Origin: a virus
Taxonomy: Duplodnaviria > Caudoviricetes
Reading direction: 5' to 3' (one strand)
IMG/VR virus record: IMGVR_UViG_3300046747_000237
Coordinates: 1-60,075 of that record
DNA: 60,075 bases
The first letter of the stretch is position 1, and every line of letters begins with the position of its first letter. A program made the translations under genes and the position numbers. Below, piece after piece: positions 1-8,975 of the stretch. The notes under the pieces are model-generated. The model searched no databases. It was not told the origin of the DNA and saw only the letters and a list, made by a program, of their open reading frames with translations.

Positions 1-127
1 GCTCGCGGGGAACGCCGTCGCGTTGAGCGTGAGCTCCGCGAGCAGCGTGTTGCCGGCGAGCGCGGTGTCTGCGTCAGTGGGACGAGTACCGCTGTACACG
101 CGGACAAAGCCCGAGTTGTAGGACGCG
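1..127. repeat. 127-bp terminal direct repeat (copy 1); circular-assembly overlap
   Basis: 1-127 is identical to 59949-60075; a reading frame continues across the join. Confidence 0.95.
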
Positions 128-174
128 CGAATGGCGTCGAGCATGATGCCGCGTTGGACGACGGTGGTCTTCAT
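128..174 (-). CDS. 5' end of the origin-spanning small virion protein (continues into 60075..59718)
   Basis: ATG at 174 gives MKTTVVQRGIMLDAIR, in frame with ASYNSGFVRVYSGTRPTDAD... across the terminal overlap. Confidence 0.8.
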
Positions 175-253
175 GCTGCGATGAGACGCGCGCAGACACT
201 CAGCTGGCCTGACGCGGGCCAGGCAGAAACGCGCGCGCGTAGCGTCGGCTACG
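175..253. promoter_or_regulatory. Divergent pair of putative late promoters
   Basis: Minus strand: AGGCCA(210-205)-N18-TCTCAT, 30 nt before ATG174. Plus strand: GGGCCA(216-221)-N18-TAGCGT(240-245), 32 nt before ATG254. Confidence 0.7.
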
Positions 254-478
254 ATGGCCGTCGACGCAGAATCCTTCCTCGCGCTCTGCAAAGAGCTCCG
301 CACACTCGGCGCCTGCAAGGTCGAGGGCTGGGGCTTCTCGGCGGTGTTCGTGCCAGCCGATGGCGCGCACCTTCCCAAGCCCGCTACGCCCGCCAAGAAA
401 GCCGCGAAGCGCAGTGACGAGCCCACGTCCGCTGAGAAGCGCGAGGCGATGTACAAGCGCGAGCTGGGGGCCACCTGA
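254..478 (+). CDS. Hypothetical protein (74 aa)
   Basis: ORF downstream of the promoter motif; its stop overlaps the portal ATG (TGATG). Confidence 0.7.
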   Translation: MAVDAESFLALCKELRTLGACKVEGWGFSAVFVPADGAHLPKPATPAKKAAKRSDEPTSAEKREAMYKRELGAT

Positions 479-2445
479 TGGCCCGCAGAGGCGACGACGA
501 CGCAGGCAAGGCGACCGCCTCGCGCTGGTACCTGGCCGACAAGAACAAGGCCCACAGCGCCGTGGCGGTGACGTGCGACTACATCCGCTCGCAGCAGTCC
601 GACCAGCGCCGCGAGATGCGGCACCACATGGAGCTGTACTCGGCCGGCAACGTCGCGGGCCTGGGCAGCACCGGCGAGACTGCAGCAGACCGCCTATTCC
701 GCTACATGTACACGGGCCGGGCCGCGAGCCGCTTCAACATGTCCGCAGCGGTCTGTGACACCGCGCTGAGCATGATCGCGCAAGCGCCTGCCGTGCCGCA
801 GTACCTCACGGTGAGCGGTGACTTCGGGCTGCAGAGGAAGGCCGAGAAGCGCTCCCAGGTCTTGCAGTGCCAGATGAACGACTTGGCCACCGACATCCTC
901 ACCGAGGCGTTCTTGGACGCCTGCAAGGTGGGCTCAGGCTTCATCACCGGCTACCTCGACGAAGAGGGCTTGCCGGTGCTCGAGCGCGTGCATCCGCTCG
1001 AGATCCTTGTCGAGCACGCCGACGGCATCAACGGTGCGCCGCGCTCGATCCACCGCGTGAGGCTGCGTAGCCGTGAGGTGCTCAAGGCTGAGTACCCGGC
1101 GCAGGCGTGGGAGATCGAGAAAGCACCGGCGCCGAGCTCCGACTGCGTCAGCGCGTTCTTCCTGGAGCGGGTGGCCTCGGGCTCCGACATGATCGAGGTG
1201 TACGAGTCGCACCACCTGCGTAGCTCCAAGCGTGCGAAGGACGGGCGCCACACGATCTGCCTGCAGACCGCGACGCTGCTCGACGAGAGTTTCGACGTTG
1301 ACGAGCTCCCGTATCCACAGGTCCGCTACCGCAAGCGAGACTTCGGGTTCTTCGGCGCAGGCCTGGTCGAGGCGACGCGCGAGCCTCAGAACCGCGTCAA
1401 CGAGCTGATCGAGCGCGTGGCGCGCGGCCAGGACCTCGCGAGTACGCTGATCATCGCCAACCCCAACGGCGAGGGCGCGGTCAAGACCGAGCAGCTGAGC
1501 AACGAGATCGGGCTGATCGTCAACTACGACCCTGAGGTCGGCCCGCCGCAGCTGATGAAGTGGGACGGCACGCTGAGCGACCTGCAAGAGCAGATCGACC
1601 TCGAGTTCGAGCGCGTGCTCAAGGTCGAGGGCCTCTCTCAGGAGCAGGTCAACGGCGAGGGCGCAGGCGACGGGCTGACGAGCGGCGTGGCTGTGCGCGC
1701 TGCCGACGACGTGCAGTCTCGCCGGCTGGTCGCCCCCACCAAGCGCTACCAGAGCTTTTGCATCGACGTCGCCAAGCTGCTCGAGCGGCTCAACGACGAA
1801 GCGGTGCGCGAGAGCGACGGCGAGTTCACGGTCACCGGCAAGGCCACCGAGGGGCGGCGCACGTTCCTCGAGTCGTCGAAGTGGGCCGAGCTCGCGATCC
1901 CTGACGGCCAGGTCAACATCGTCATGGCGCCGATGTCCGCGCTGCCGACGACGCCACAGGGCAAGTGGGCTGCCGTGCAGGAGTGGATCGGGAGCGGCTT
2001 CATCTCGCAGCAGTACGCGATGTCGCTGCTGCAGTTCCCCGACATCGACGCCTACGCGGACCTCGAGCTCGCGCACCTCGACATGGTGCAGTGGCAGATC
2101 ACGCAGCTGCTCGACGGCAAGCCTGTGCTGCCCACGCCGCGCCAGAACCTCCAGATCGCGATGGACCTCGGCACCAAGAGCGAGCTCAAGGCGATGATGA
2201 TGCATGCGCCGGACAACATCATAGATTTGATGGAAAATTTCCTCGTCGCCTGCGGAAACATGCTCAAGGCTGCGCAGCCCCCTGCCCCGCCGATGCCTGT
2301 GCCGATGCAGGGTCCGGCGCCTGGTGGGCCGCCAGGAGCTCGCCCGCCTGGGCCGCTGCCACAGGGGCCGGTCGCGCCGATGGGGCCGCCTGTGATGCAG
2401 CCTAGACCGCAACAGCCTGTGATGCGTCCGGGGGTGGCAGCGTGA
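478..2445 (+). CDS. Portal protein (podovirus/P22-like), Pro-rich C-terminal tail
   Basis: 655 aa; portal-like segments (DACKVGSG, YRKRDFGFFGAGLVE, SGVAVRA); precedes scaffold and capsid genes. Confidence 0.8.
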   Translation: MARRGDDDAGKATASRWYLADKNKAHSAVAVTCDYIRSQQSDQRREMRHHMELYSAGNVAGLGSTGETAADRLFRYMYTGRAASRFNMSAAVCDTALSMIAQAPAVPQYLTVSGDFGLQRKAEKRSQVLQCQMNDLATDILTEAFLDACKVGSGFITGYLDEEGLPVLERVHPLEILVEHADGINGAPRSIHRVRLRSREVLKAEYPAQAWEIEKAPAPSSDCVSAFFLERVASGSDMIEVYESHHLRSSKRAKDGRHTICLQTATLLDESFDVDELPYPQVRYRKRDFGFFGAGLVEATREPQNRVNELIERVARGQDLASTLIIANPNGEGAVKTEQLSNEIGLIVNYDPEVGPPQLMKWDGTLSDLQEQIDLEFERVLKVEGLSQEQVNGEGAGDGLTSGVAVRAADDVQSRRLVAPTKRYQSFCIDVAKLLERLNDEAVRESDGEFTVTGKATEGRRTFLESSKWAELAIPDGQVNIVMAPMSALPTTPQGKWAAVQEWIGSGFISQQYAMSLLQFPDIDAYADLELAHLDMVQWQITQLLDGKPVLPTPRQNLQIAMDLGTKSELKAMMMHAPDNIIDLMENFLVACGNMLKAAQPPAPPMPVPMQGPAPGGPPGARPPGPLPQGPVAPMGPPVMQPRPQQPVMRPGVAA

Positions 2446-2723
2446 TCGCCCCGCTCGTCCTCGCTGGTCTGCTCAGCTTCGTCGGCGTCGGCGACGTGCC
2501 GCGTAGTCCGTGGCACGCGTGGCCGCGCACCGAGTGGACGTATCTCGGGCGCGCGACGTCGCGGCCCAAGTCGAGGTCGTGGTGATCTTCGGCGTCCTCG
2601 GCCTCTGGTACCTCAGCGCCGGCAACTACTTCGCTGCCGAGTGCGTGATGTTCGCCGAGGTCTGCACGCACCTCGCGATCGCAGCGGCGTGGTTATCGTG
2701 GGCGTTTGTCAGGAGCTTGCACC

Positions 2724-2939
2724 ATGAACGTCTGGGTTGAGGCGCCACCACAAGAGACCGCGACACGTCGCAGCGAGCGCCTGGTGCTGCACGGGCTGCG
2801 TTGCGGCAAGCACAGCATCGCTGCGCTGAGCTATCACATCGGCAGCGACAGCAAGGGCGTCGATGCGCGCGATGCACTCGAGCGGCTGGAGAAGCGCGGC
2901 AAGGTGAAGCGCACGGAGCGTGGCTGGGAGCTGGCGTGA
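2724..2939 (+). CDS. Small winged-helix DNA-binding protein (putative)
   Basis: AGGAG RBS before ATG2724; ARDALERLEKRGKVKRTERGWEL resembles a wHTH recognition helix plus wing. Confidence 0.5.
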   Translation: MNVWVEAPPQETATRRSERLVLHGLRCGKHSIAALSYHIGSDSKGVDARDALERLEKRGKVKRTERGWELA

Positions 2940-3185
2940 CGCGCATGCCATACGCCGCTCGCCGCACCGGCACAGGCACCATGCTGCTGCTGTATCGCGG
3001 AGGGGCCAAGCACCGCACGCACTACGCGTCGCAGTCGCCGTGGTCTGACGCGACGCAGAGGCGCTTTCGCTGGCAGGTCTACCCAGGCGGCAAGCGGTGA
3101 GCGCGATACGCGGCGCCGGCTACGCGCTGTTGATCGAGGCGGTGGTGGGGCTCGCTGTGCTACTGGTGGTGCGGTACGCGCACTG

Positions 3186-3581
3186 TTAGCGAACGGTGAT
3201 GACGCCGCGCTTGTGGTCGACGCTCTCGACGGCGACCGACGCGCTGCCGAATATCAGCGAGCGCATGAACGCCGCCTCGGTCGCCCGCCAGAAGCCTTCG
3301 TCGTACGTGATCGACCACTTGCCATCGCGCTGCACTGCGCCGAAGCCAAACTCGAAGTGCTCGGCGTCGTCGGGGTTGGCGTAGGAGAAGACGCGGTCGT
3401 ACTCGCCAGCCTCGTCGGCGACAAAGTGCGTCTTGCGGCCAGGCACCGGTCGGAACGCATCCTCAAAGCCTCCGCGCAGGCGTGCGATGTGCGGCTCGCC
3501 GGGGCGCGAGTACCAACGTGCAGGCTCCGCAGCAACGCAGTAGTCACCGAAGCACAGGCGCTCGAAGGCTTCGCGGGTCAT
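3186..3581 (-). CDS. Hypothetical protein (131 aa), antisense to the head operon
   Basis: Globular-looking ORF coupled to 3578..3775. Confidence 0.65.
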   Translation of the reverse strand: MTREAFERLCFGDYCVAAEPARWYSRPGEPHIARLRGGFEDAFRPVPGRKTHFVADEAGEYDRVFSYANPDDAEHFEFGFGAVQRDGKWSITYDEGFWRATEAAFMRSLIFGSASVAVESVDHKRGVITVR

Positions 3582-3775
3582 GGCTGCTTCAGCGCCTCAC
3601 GCTCCCAGATGTCGCGCGCGGACTGTGGGATCTCGTGCCAACCAAGGCAGGGCAGAGGCTTCCCCACCTGCTCCGCGATCTTGTCCGTAAACCAGTCGAG
3701 CGGCGTTGTGTCGATCGAGTCCCACAGCCGCTGACCTGGAGTGCGCGTGTCTGGCTTCTGATCGGAACCGTCCAT
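3578..3775 (-). CDS. Hypothetical protein (65 aa)
   Basis: TAAGGTGG RBS-like sequence before the ATG; ATGA overlap with the next gene. Confidence 0.6.
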   Translation of the reverse strand: MDGSDQKPDTRTPGQRLWDSIDTTPLDWFTDKIAEQVGKPLPCLGWHEIPQSARDIWEREALKQP

Positions 3776-3805
3776 CCACCTTACTTACTCCACCACCTGA
3801 GTATC

Positions 3806-3835
3806 AGGCCAGCCCAATCGCACACCAATCAGCCT
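3806..3835 (+). promoter_or_regulatory. Putative late promoter (scaffold)
   Basis: AGGCCA-N18-CAGCCT, intergenic. Confidence 0.65.
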
Positions 3836-3875
3836 CGCGCTCAGCGGCATTTCGCCGCGACGAAGCAAAGAGGTC

Positions 3876-5114
3876 GTGAGCATGCGTGTGCGATTCCTGT
3901 CTGTACTGCGTGACGAGGCTGGCGAAGGTGACGGCGGTGGCGACGGCCCCGCAGCAGAGCCGAAAGAGCCAGCCGACAAAGAGCCAAAGCCCAAGGCGAA
4001 AGAACCCGAGCCCGCCAAGCCAAAGACCGTCGGCGACCTGAAGGCCAAGAGCTTCGCCGAGCGCGCCAAAGACGCGACCAAGAACGTCGAGGCGATGCTG
4101 CGCGAAAAGCGCGAGGCCAAGGCAGCTGCGAAGGCGGCTGAGCCGAAGGACGAGCCGGACGACGACGCGCCGGCCAAGCCAGCTGCGAAGGACGAGCCCA
4201 GCGACAAGGCCGACAAGCTCGCCAAGGCGGTCGAGAAGGCTGGCGGCGACGCACCCGACCAGAAGGCCAACGAGACCGACAAGGCGTACGAGGCGCGGCT
4301 GGTGAAGGCGCTACAGGACCTGCGCGGCTCCGAGGTGCAGACCAAGCAGCAGAAGGCCCGCGCGGACGCTGCCGAGCAGAAGGCGGCGCAGCTCGAGAAG
4401 GAAAAGGCCGCGTACGAGAAGCGGCTCGCGCGCGCCAAGACGCCGGAAGAGCGGCTCGAGTTCATGGCGGACGAGATGGGCTGCACGCTCGAGGAGTTCA
4501 TCCGCGACATCAACGACAACAAGACGCGCCTGCCCGGACAGCGCGCCAAGCTCGACCCCGCGGTCCAAGCTGAGATCGAGGCCATCAAGGCAGAGAACCA
4601 GCGCCTGGCCAAGATCGCTGAGGAGCGAGACACAAAAGAGAAGTCAGAGGCTCAGCAGCGCACGTTCACCGAGCACGTGACGCAGGCCGGCAAGTGGCTC
4701 ACCGACAACGCAGCGGAGTTCCCACTGCTGCAGGCGATCCCATGGGCAGCGCAGAACATCGTCAACGGCGCCTACAAGAACGGCGGCGACATGGGCGAGC
4801 CTGCGCGCAAGCTGCAGGAGAGCATCCTCAACGACTTCTTGCCGCTGCTCGACCGTGACGACGCGTGGAAGATGCTCGACGGCAAGCTCAGCAAAGAGGC
4901 CAAGGAGAAGCTCACCAAGCGGTTCGGGGCGCAGGCTGTGAAGGCTGCTGTGGTGACGGTGCCGGAGCATACGCGCAAGCCGCCTAGCAAGGTGACGAGC
5001 GAGGCTGCGGTGCCGGAGAAGGGGGCGAAAGGGATGAGCGAGAACGATCGCAAGCGTATTGCGACGGCGAAGCTCGACCGCTTCTTGGCTGAGCGCAAGA
5101 CCGCCCGCGGCTAA
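3876..5114 (+). CDS. Capsid scaffolding protein
   Basis: Charged, low-complexity and coiled-coil protein between portal and capsid genes; N-terminal 'RFLSVLRDEAGEGDGGG' is typical of scaffolds. Confidence 0.75.
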   Translation: MSMRVRFLSVLRDEAGEGDGGGDGPAAEPKEPADKEPKPKAKEPEPAKPKTVGDLKAKSFAERAKDATKNVEAMLREKREAKAAAKAAEPKDEPDDDAPAKPAAKDEPSDKADKLAKAVEKAGGDAPDQKANETDKAYEARLVKALQDLRGSEVQTKQQKARADAAEQKAAQLEKEKAAYEKRLARAKTPEERLEFMADEMGCTLEEFIRDINDNKTRLPGQRAKLDPAVQAEIEAIKAENQRLAKIAEERDTKEKSEAQQRTFTEHVTQAGKWLTDNAAEFPLLQAIPWAAQNIVNGAYKNGGDMGEPARKLQESILNDFLPLLDRDDAWKMLDGKLSKEAKEKLTKRFGAQAVKAAVVTVPEHTRKPPSKVTSEAAVPEKGAKGMSENDRKRIATAKLDRFLAERKTARG

Positions 5115-5117
5115 CGC

Positions 5118-5147
5118 AGGCCACCCCAGGCGCGCGTCTGACAGTCT
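5118..5147 (+). promoter_or_regulatory. Putative late promoter (major capsid)
   Basis: AGGCCA-N18-CAGTCT right after the scaffold stop. Confidence 0.65.
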
Positions 5148-5153
5148 GGTGGA

Positions 5154-5336
5154 GCCTGACTGTTGAGACGTGCGCCGGTGAGCAAGCAAGCGCGCGCGAC
5201 TCGACCAGACGGTGAGCAAAGGCCTTCCCCGAGGTGAGCAAGCGAGTCGGGAAACCAGGCGATGCGCATTCCGCGCGTCTGCCGCCCGAACACTCAGATC
5301 TCACAGGTCCCTGATCGGGACCGGACGGCCTTTCTC
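5154..5336 (+). promoter_or_regulatory. Structured 5' leader of capsid mRNA with three GGTGAGCAA repeats
   Basis: GGTGAGCAA at 5177, 5211 and 5233; complementary arms CGACTCG/CGAGTCG and GGTCCC/GGGACC. Confidence 0.45.
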
Positions 5337-6599
5337 ATGGCAATGGATTCCAGCGCAGCCTCGTTTTTGTACCGCCAGCTGTACGCTGACGGCATCGATC
5401 AAGAGGCGCTTGTTCGCAACAAGCCGCTCATGCAGTGGACGAAGAACGACACCGACTTCACCAACGACCTTGGCTTCAAAATCCCGGCGCCCTACGTCAA
5501 TCCGCAGGGCATCGCGGCGACTAACGCTGCCGCGAACAACGCGGAGGTCTCGTCCAAGGGCGTGACGTTCACCGTCCCCCAGCGTCACCACTACGCGTTC
5601 ATGAAGATCGACGGCGACGTCGTTCGAAACACCATCAACGGCGGCTCGACGTCGCAGTTCACCAACATCCTAACGCGAGAGGTCGACGGCGTTACCGAGG
5701 CGATCGGCGCGGAGATCCACCAGCGGATGTACGGCGAGAAGACGGGCGTGCGCTCGTACCTGAGCGCCACCTCCAGCATCACGACCAACGTCCTGACGCT
5801 GGCCAACGCTGAGGACACGCAGTTCTACGAGCCGAACATGCGCTGCGTGCTCGTGGATCCCGCCACGGGCTTCTCGCGCACTGGCACGGCGTTCGTCATC
5901 AAGACGGTGGACCCCATCACGTCGACCTTGACGATCACCGACACGGCAGGCGCCAACGTCAACCTCAACGCCGCCTTCGCGGCGGCTGCGGTGAGCGACG
6001 GCCTGGCTCGCGAGACCTTCGCGAGCGCCTCGGGCGGCATCGATTTTGACGGTCTGAAGGCGTGGATCCCCTCGACCGTGTCGATCTCCGACTCCTTCAA
6101 CGGCGTCAACCGGTCGCTGTACCGCACGCGCCTTGCCGGCGTGTACGTGGACGCCTCGGCGCTCCCCATCCGCAACGGTTTCATCAAGGCGCTCGCGGTG
6201 GCTAAGGGCCAGGTCGGCTCGATGTTCGAGTCGAAGTCTCCCTTCTTCATCAATCCCAAGAACCTCGCCCAGATCATCCAGACCGTGGAGTCGACCAAGA
6301 TCAACTCCGTATCCCTGGACGACAAGTACGGCATCGGACTCGAGGCTGTCGAAGTCTTCGGACACAAGTTCGTGGAAGACTCCATGTGCCCGGTCAACGA
6401 GGCGTACCTCATCGGCAAGAACGCGCTCGTGCGCGGCACCTGCGGAAAGCAACCGCAGATCGACGATCAAGACGGGGAAGATTTTTGGTTTGATCGAATC
6501 AACGGCAAGTTGATGGCAGTTCTTGCCCACGACGGTTGTGTGGCCGGGCTCCAGCCGTACAATTTGATGCGCGTCGTCCTCCCGAACGTCGCTCTCTAA
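5337..6599 (+). CDS. Major capsid protein
   Basis: ~420 aa after the scaffold; HK97/P22-like pattern (RNKPLMQW...HHYAFMKIDG...IHQRMYG...FDGLKAWI); start taken at ATG5337. Confidence 0.8.
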   Translation: MAMDSSAASFLYRQLYADGIDQEALVRNKPLMQWTKNDTDFTNDLGFKIPAPYVNPQGIAATNAAANNAEVSSKGVTFTVPQRHHYAFMKIDGDVVRNTINGGSTSQFTNILTREVDGVTEAIGAEIHQRMYGEKTGVRSYLSATSSITTNVLTLANAEDTQFYEPNMRCVLVDPATGFSRTGTAFVIKTVDPITSTLTITDTAGANVNLNAAFAAAAVSDGLARETFASASGGIDFDGLKAWIPSTVSISDSFNGVNRSLYRTRLAGVYVDASALPIRNGFIKALAVAKGQVGSMFESKSPFFINPKNLAQIIQTVESTKINSVSLDDKYGIGLEAVEVFGHKFVEDSMCPVNEAYLIGKNALVRGTCGKQPQIDDQDGEDFWFDRINGKLMAVLAHDGCVAGLQPYNLMRVVLPNVAL

Positions 6600-6679
6600 C
6601 CCTCCACACCTGACTATTTGAGCGGCTGGTGCAGAAATGCGCCGGCCGTTCTTGCATCCGTATAATCTGACTGTCAGAT

Positions 6680-7438
6680 ATGGGGATGACTGTTTGCTCG
6701 GTAGACGGCTGCGGCGGCACGGGGAAGATCATCAAAGGCCTGTGCCAGCGCTGCTACCTGAAGGACTACTACCGCAAGCACGCGGAGAAGCTCAAGCAGC
6801 GCACGCGTGACTGGGTAAAGGCCAACACAGAGCGGGCGCGCGCCAACGACAAGAAGAAGCGCGAAGCCAAGCCGGAGAAGTACGCCTCCTACAGCACTGC
6901 TTGGCTCAAGCGAAACCCCGACTACCCGAAGGAGCACTACTACGCCAACCGCGAGGAGCTACTGGCGAAGAGCAAGGCTTGGCGGGAGGCCAATGTGGAT
7001 CTGCGCCGAGAGCGTCGGCAGGCCGAGTACTACGCCGACGTTGAAAAGTCGCGCGAGCTGGCGCGTGCGGCGCGGAAGAAGCTGAAGGCCAAGAACCCGG
7101 ACGCCTTCAAGGCCTCCGCGAAGCGCTTCAAGGCCAACAACAAAGACAAGGTCAACGCCGACACGCACAGGCGCCGCGCGCGCATCAAGGGCGGCGGCGG
7201 GAGCTACACACGCGCGGACTGGCAGGCCATCCTCGAGCGCTACCAACACACTTGCCCATGCTGCGGCAAGACGGGCGAGAAGCTGACCGTCGACCACGTG
7301 ATCCCGGTCGCGATGGGAGGTAGCTCGAACCCGGACAATTTGCAGCCGCTCTGTCGGTTTTGTAACAACAGCAAGAACGTGCGCCACACCACCCGCTACG
7401 AGCCCTGGCACCTGCAGTCTGCAGACGCCGCCGAGTAG
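6680..7438 (+). CDS. HNH endonuclease with long basic N-terminal region
   Basis: CPCCG...LTVDHVIPVAMGGSSNPDNLQPLCRFCNNSK; N-terminal CSVDGC zinc motif; TATAAT at 6661. Confidence 0.9.
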   Translation: MGMTVCSVDGCGGTGKIIKGLCQRCYLKDYYRKHAEKLKQRTRDWVKANTERARANDKKKREAKPEKYASYSTAWLKRNPDYPKEHYYANREELLAKSKAWREANVDLRRERRQAEYYADVEKSRELARAARKKLKAKNPDAFKASAKRFKANNKDKVNADTHRRRARIKGGGGSYTRADWQAILERYQHTCPCCGKTGEKLTVDHVIPVAMGGSSNPDNLQPLCRFCNNSKNVRHTTRYEPWHLQSADAAE

Positions 7439-7466
7439 GCCAGCGCAGCTCCTGAGTCCTTACCGT
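7437..7466 (+). promoter_or_regulatory. Putative late promoter
   Basis: AGGCCA-N18-TACCGT immediately after the HNH stop. Confidence 0.65.
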
Positions 7467-7537
7467 CGTGGCTCAATGGCACGTTCCCGTGCCCGCCAAA
7501 ACGACCGCGCGGCTGTCGCGGGAAGGACTTCAGAACC

Positions 7538-7924
7538 ATGATCGACAACCTCGGCAAGTCGTCAACGCTCAACTTTGGACCGCAGCGCGTGCTCGCGTTT
7601 GCGCGGTTCAACGGGGCAGCCGCGGCGGCAACCAACATGACCCTTCTTGACCAGTTCGGGATTTTCAAAGTCGTCCAGGCGAGCACCGGCCTGTTCGTCG
7701 TGACGCTTCAGGAGAAGAGCGCAGAGTTCATCCCCGACGTGCGAGTCGTGTCGGCCGCAGCAGATCTTCACGACCTGCCCGTGACTGCCACGGACTTCGT
7801 GAACGGGACGTTCTCCTTCGCGCACTACCTGCAGACTGCGCGCACAGGCGCTCACGCGCTCAACAACGGCGTGTCTCCTGCCGCGGTGTTCAACATCACC
7901 GTGTTCGCCCGAGGCTCGCTGTAA
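7538..7924 (+). CDS. Putative virion/decoration protein (128 aa)
   Basis: Beta-rich ORF after the capsid gene; AAGGA RBS. Confidence 0.55.
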   Translation: MIDNLGKSSTLNFGPQRVLAFARFNGAAAAATNMTLLDQFGIFKVVQASTGLFVVTLQEKSAEFIPDVRVVSAAADLHDLPVTATDFVNGTFSFAHYLQTARTGAHALNNGVSPAAVFNITVFARGSL

Positions 7925-8157
7925 TGGCCGCCGCATCCTCCCCCGCCCTTCTAATCGGCTTCGGCGAGGGCAAGCCCACCCCCGGCGCCCCCACCGAGGA
8001 GAGCTCTCGATCTCTCGCCGGCAAGGCGCTCAAGAAGGCGCTTCTCGGCGACGATGGAGAGGCCATCGCCGACGCCTGGGACGCGCTGCAACGCGAGTCC
8101 GACGACGCCGCCTCCGAAGAGGAAGAGCCCGTTGCCGAGCCACCCGAGGCAGCGTAA
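7924..8157 (+). CDS. Hypothetical acidic protein (77 aa)
   Basis: Coupled to the previous stop (TAATG). Confidence 0.6.
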   Translation: MAAASSPALLIGFGEGKPTPGAPTEESSRSLAGKALKKALLGDDGEAIADAWDALQRESDDAASEEEEPVAEPPEAA

Positions 8158-8195
8158 GATCTGACCGTTCGGCGAAGTAACGAGTGATCGGGTCT

Positions 8196-8230
8196 GACGG
8201 CCGGTGGGGGATGGTCCCTCACCGGCCGTT
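8196..8230 (+). terminator. 16-bp GC-rich hairpin (terminator or processing site)
   Basis: GACGGCCGGTGGGGGA-TGG-TCCCTCACCGGCCGTT; weak U tail. Confidence 0.5.
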
Positions 8231-8237
8231 TGCTGTC

Positions 8238-8267
8238 AGGCCAGCCAAGCGCCCGCACTCGTAGCGT
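8238..8267 (+). promoter_or_regulatory. Putative late promoter, leaderless
   Basis: AGGCCA-N18-TAGCGT, 30 nt before GTG8274. Confidence 0.7.
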
Positions 8268-8273
8268 CGCGCT

Positions 8274-8975
8274 GTGAGCTCCACCTTCGTTCTGTCAGAT
8301 CTCCTGCGCGACGTGGCGACCCTCGCGAACTGCCCCCAGTTCACGACAAACACGCGCGTCACGGCGGCGCAAGCGACGTATTGGCTTTCGCAAGCCGCCC
8401 GCGAGCTCTCCGCGCTCATCCGCCAGAAGCTCTGCGAGGACCGCGACCTGCTCCAGATCCTCACCATCTCCACGGTGCCAGACTTCAACCTGATCAGCCT
8501 CCCAGCCGACTGCGGCGAGGTGCACTCCGTGGTCTGGCAGCGCGACACCACAGACGCTGTGCTGCTCAGGTCCGCCAGCGCCGCCAACCTCACCGACGAG
8601 CTCGAGGACGGCCAGTCGTGGAGTGACGTCGCTGTGGAGCCGACCTGGCGCCTCGAAGGCAACACGATCGCGCTCTACCCGACCAGCCCCGAGGCTGAGG
8701 ACCTGACGGTCTACTACACGACCAACTACGACACCTCGGGCACGACGGTGCAGGCGCGGACGGGCTTTGACCGCTGGGTGACGCTCGAGACGTGCATCCA
8801 GGTGTGCACCGCCCGCGACCGGCCGCAGTCGGTGGCGGCCTTCCAGCAGCAGAAAGCCTTGCTCGAGAACGACCTGTTCGCCCGAGCGCGCAAGCGAGAC
8901 GTCAACGAGTCTCACGTCATCCGCGATATTCGCGCGACCGCGGTGATGCGCGATATCCGGCGGCGGGGCTGGTGA
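8274..8975 (+). CDS. Head-tail adaptor / tail tubular protein A-like
   Basis: 233 aa; ISLPADC...PTWRLEGNTIALYP pattern; position before the nozzle gene. Confidence 0.65.
   Translation: MSSTFVLSDLLRDVATLANCPQFTTNTRVTAAQATYWLSQAARELSALIRQKLCEDRDLLQILTISTVPDFNLISLPADCGEVHSVVWQRDTTDAVLLRSASAANLTDELEDGQSWSDVAVEPTWRLEGNTIALYPTSPEAEDLTVYYTTNYDTSGTTVQARTGFDRWVTLETCIQVCTARDRPQSVAAFQQQKALLENDLFARARKRDVNESHVIRDIRATAVMRDIRRRGW

Noticed and set aside
1-127. Biological direct terminal repeat
   Set aside because: It falls mid-gene and 127 nt matches a common assembler k-mer overlap
934-2412. Long antisense or alternate-frame ORFs (also 14901..16517, 23970..25130, 31715..33184, 35538..37355, 57766..59259)
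   Set aside because: Shadow ORFs expected in GC-rich DNA; Arg/Ala-rich and overlapping well-supported genes
5262-5336. N-terminal extension of the capsid from ATG5262
   Set aside because: No RBS, atypical sequence overlapping hairpins; ATG5337 is more plausible, though not proven
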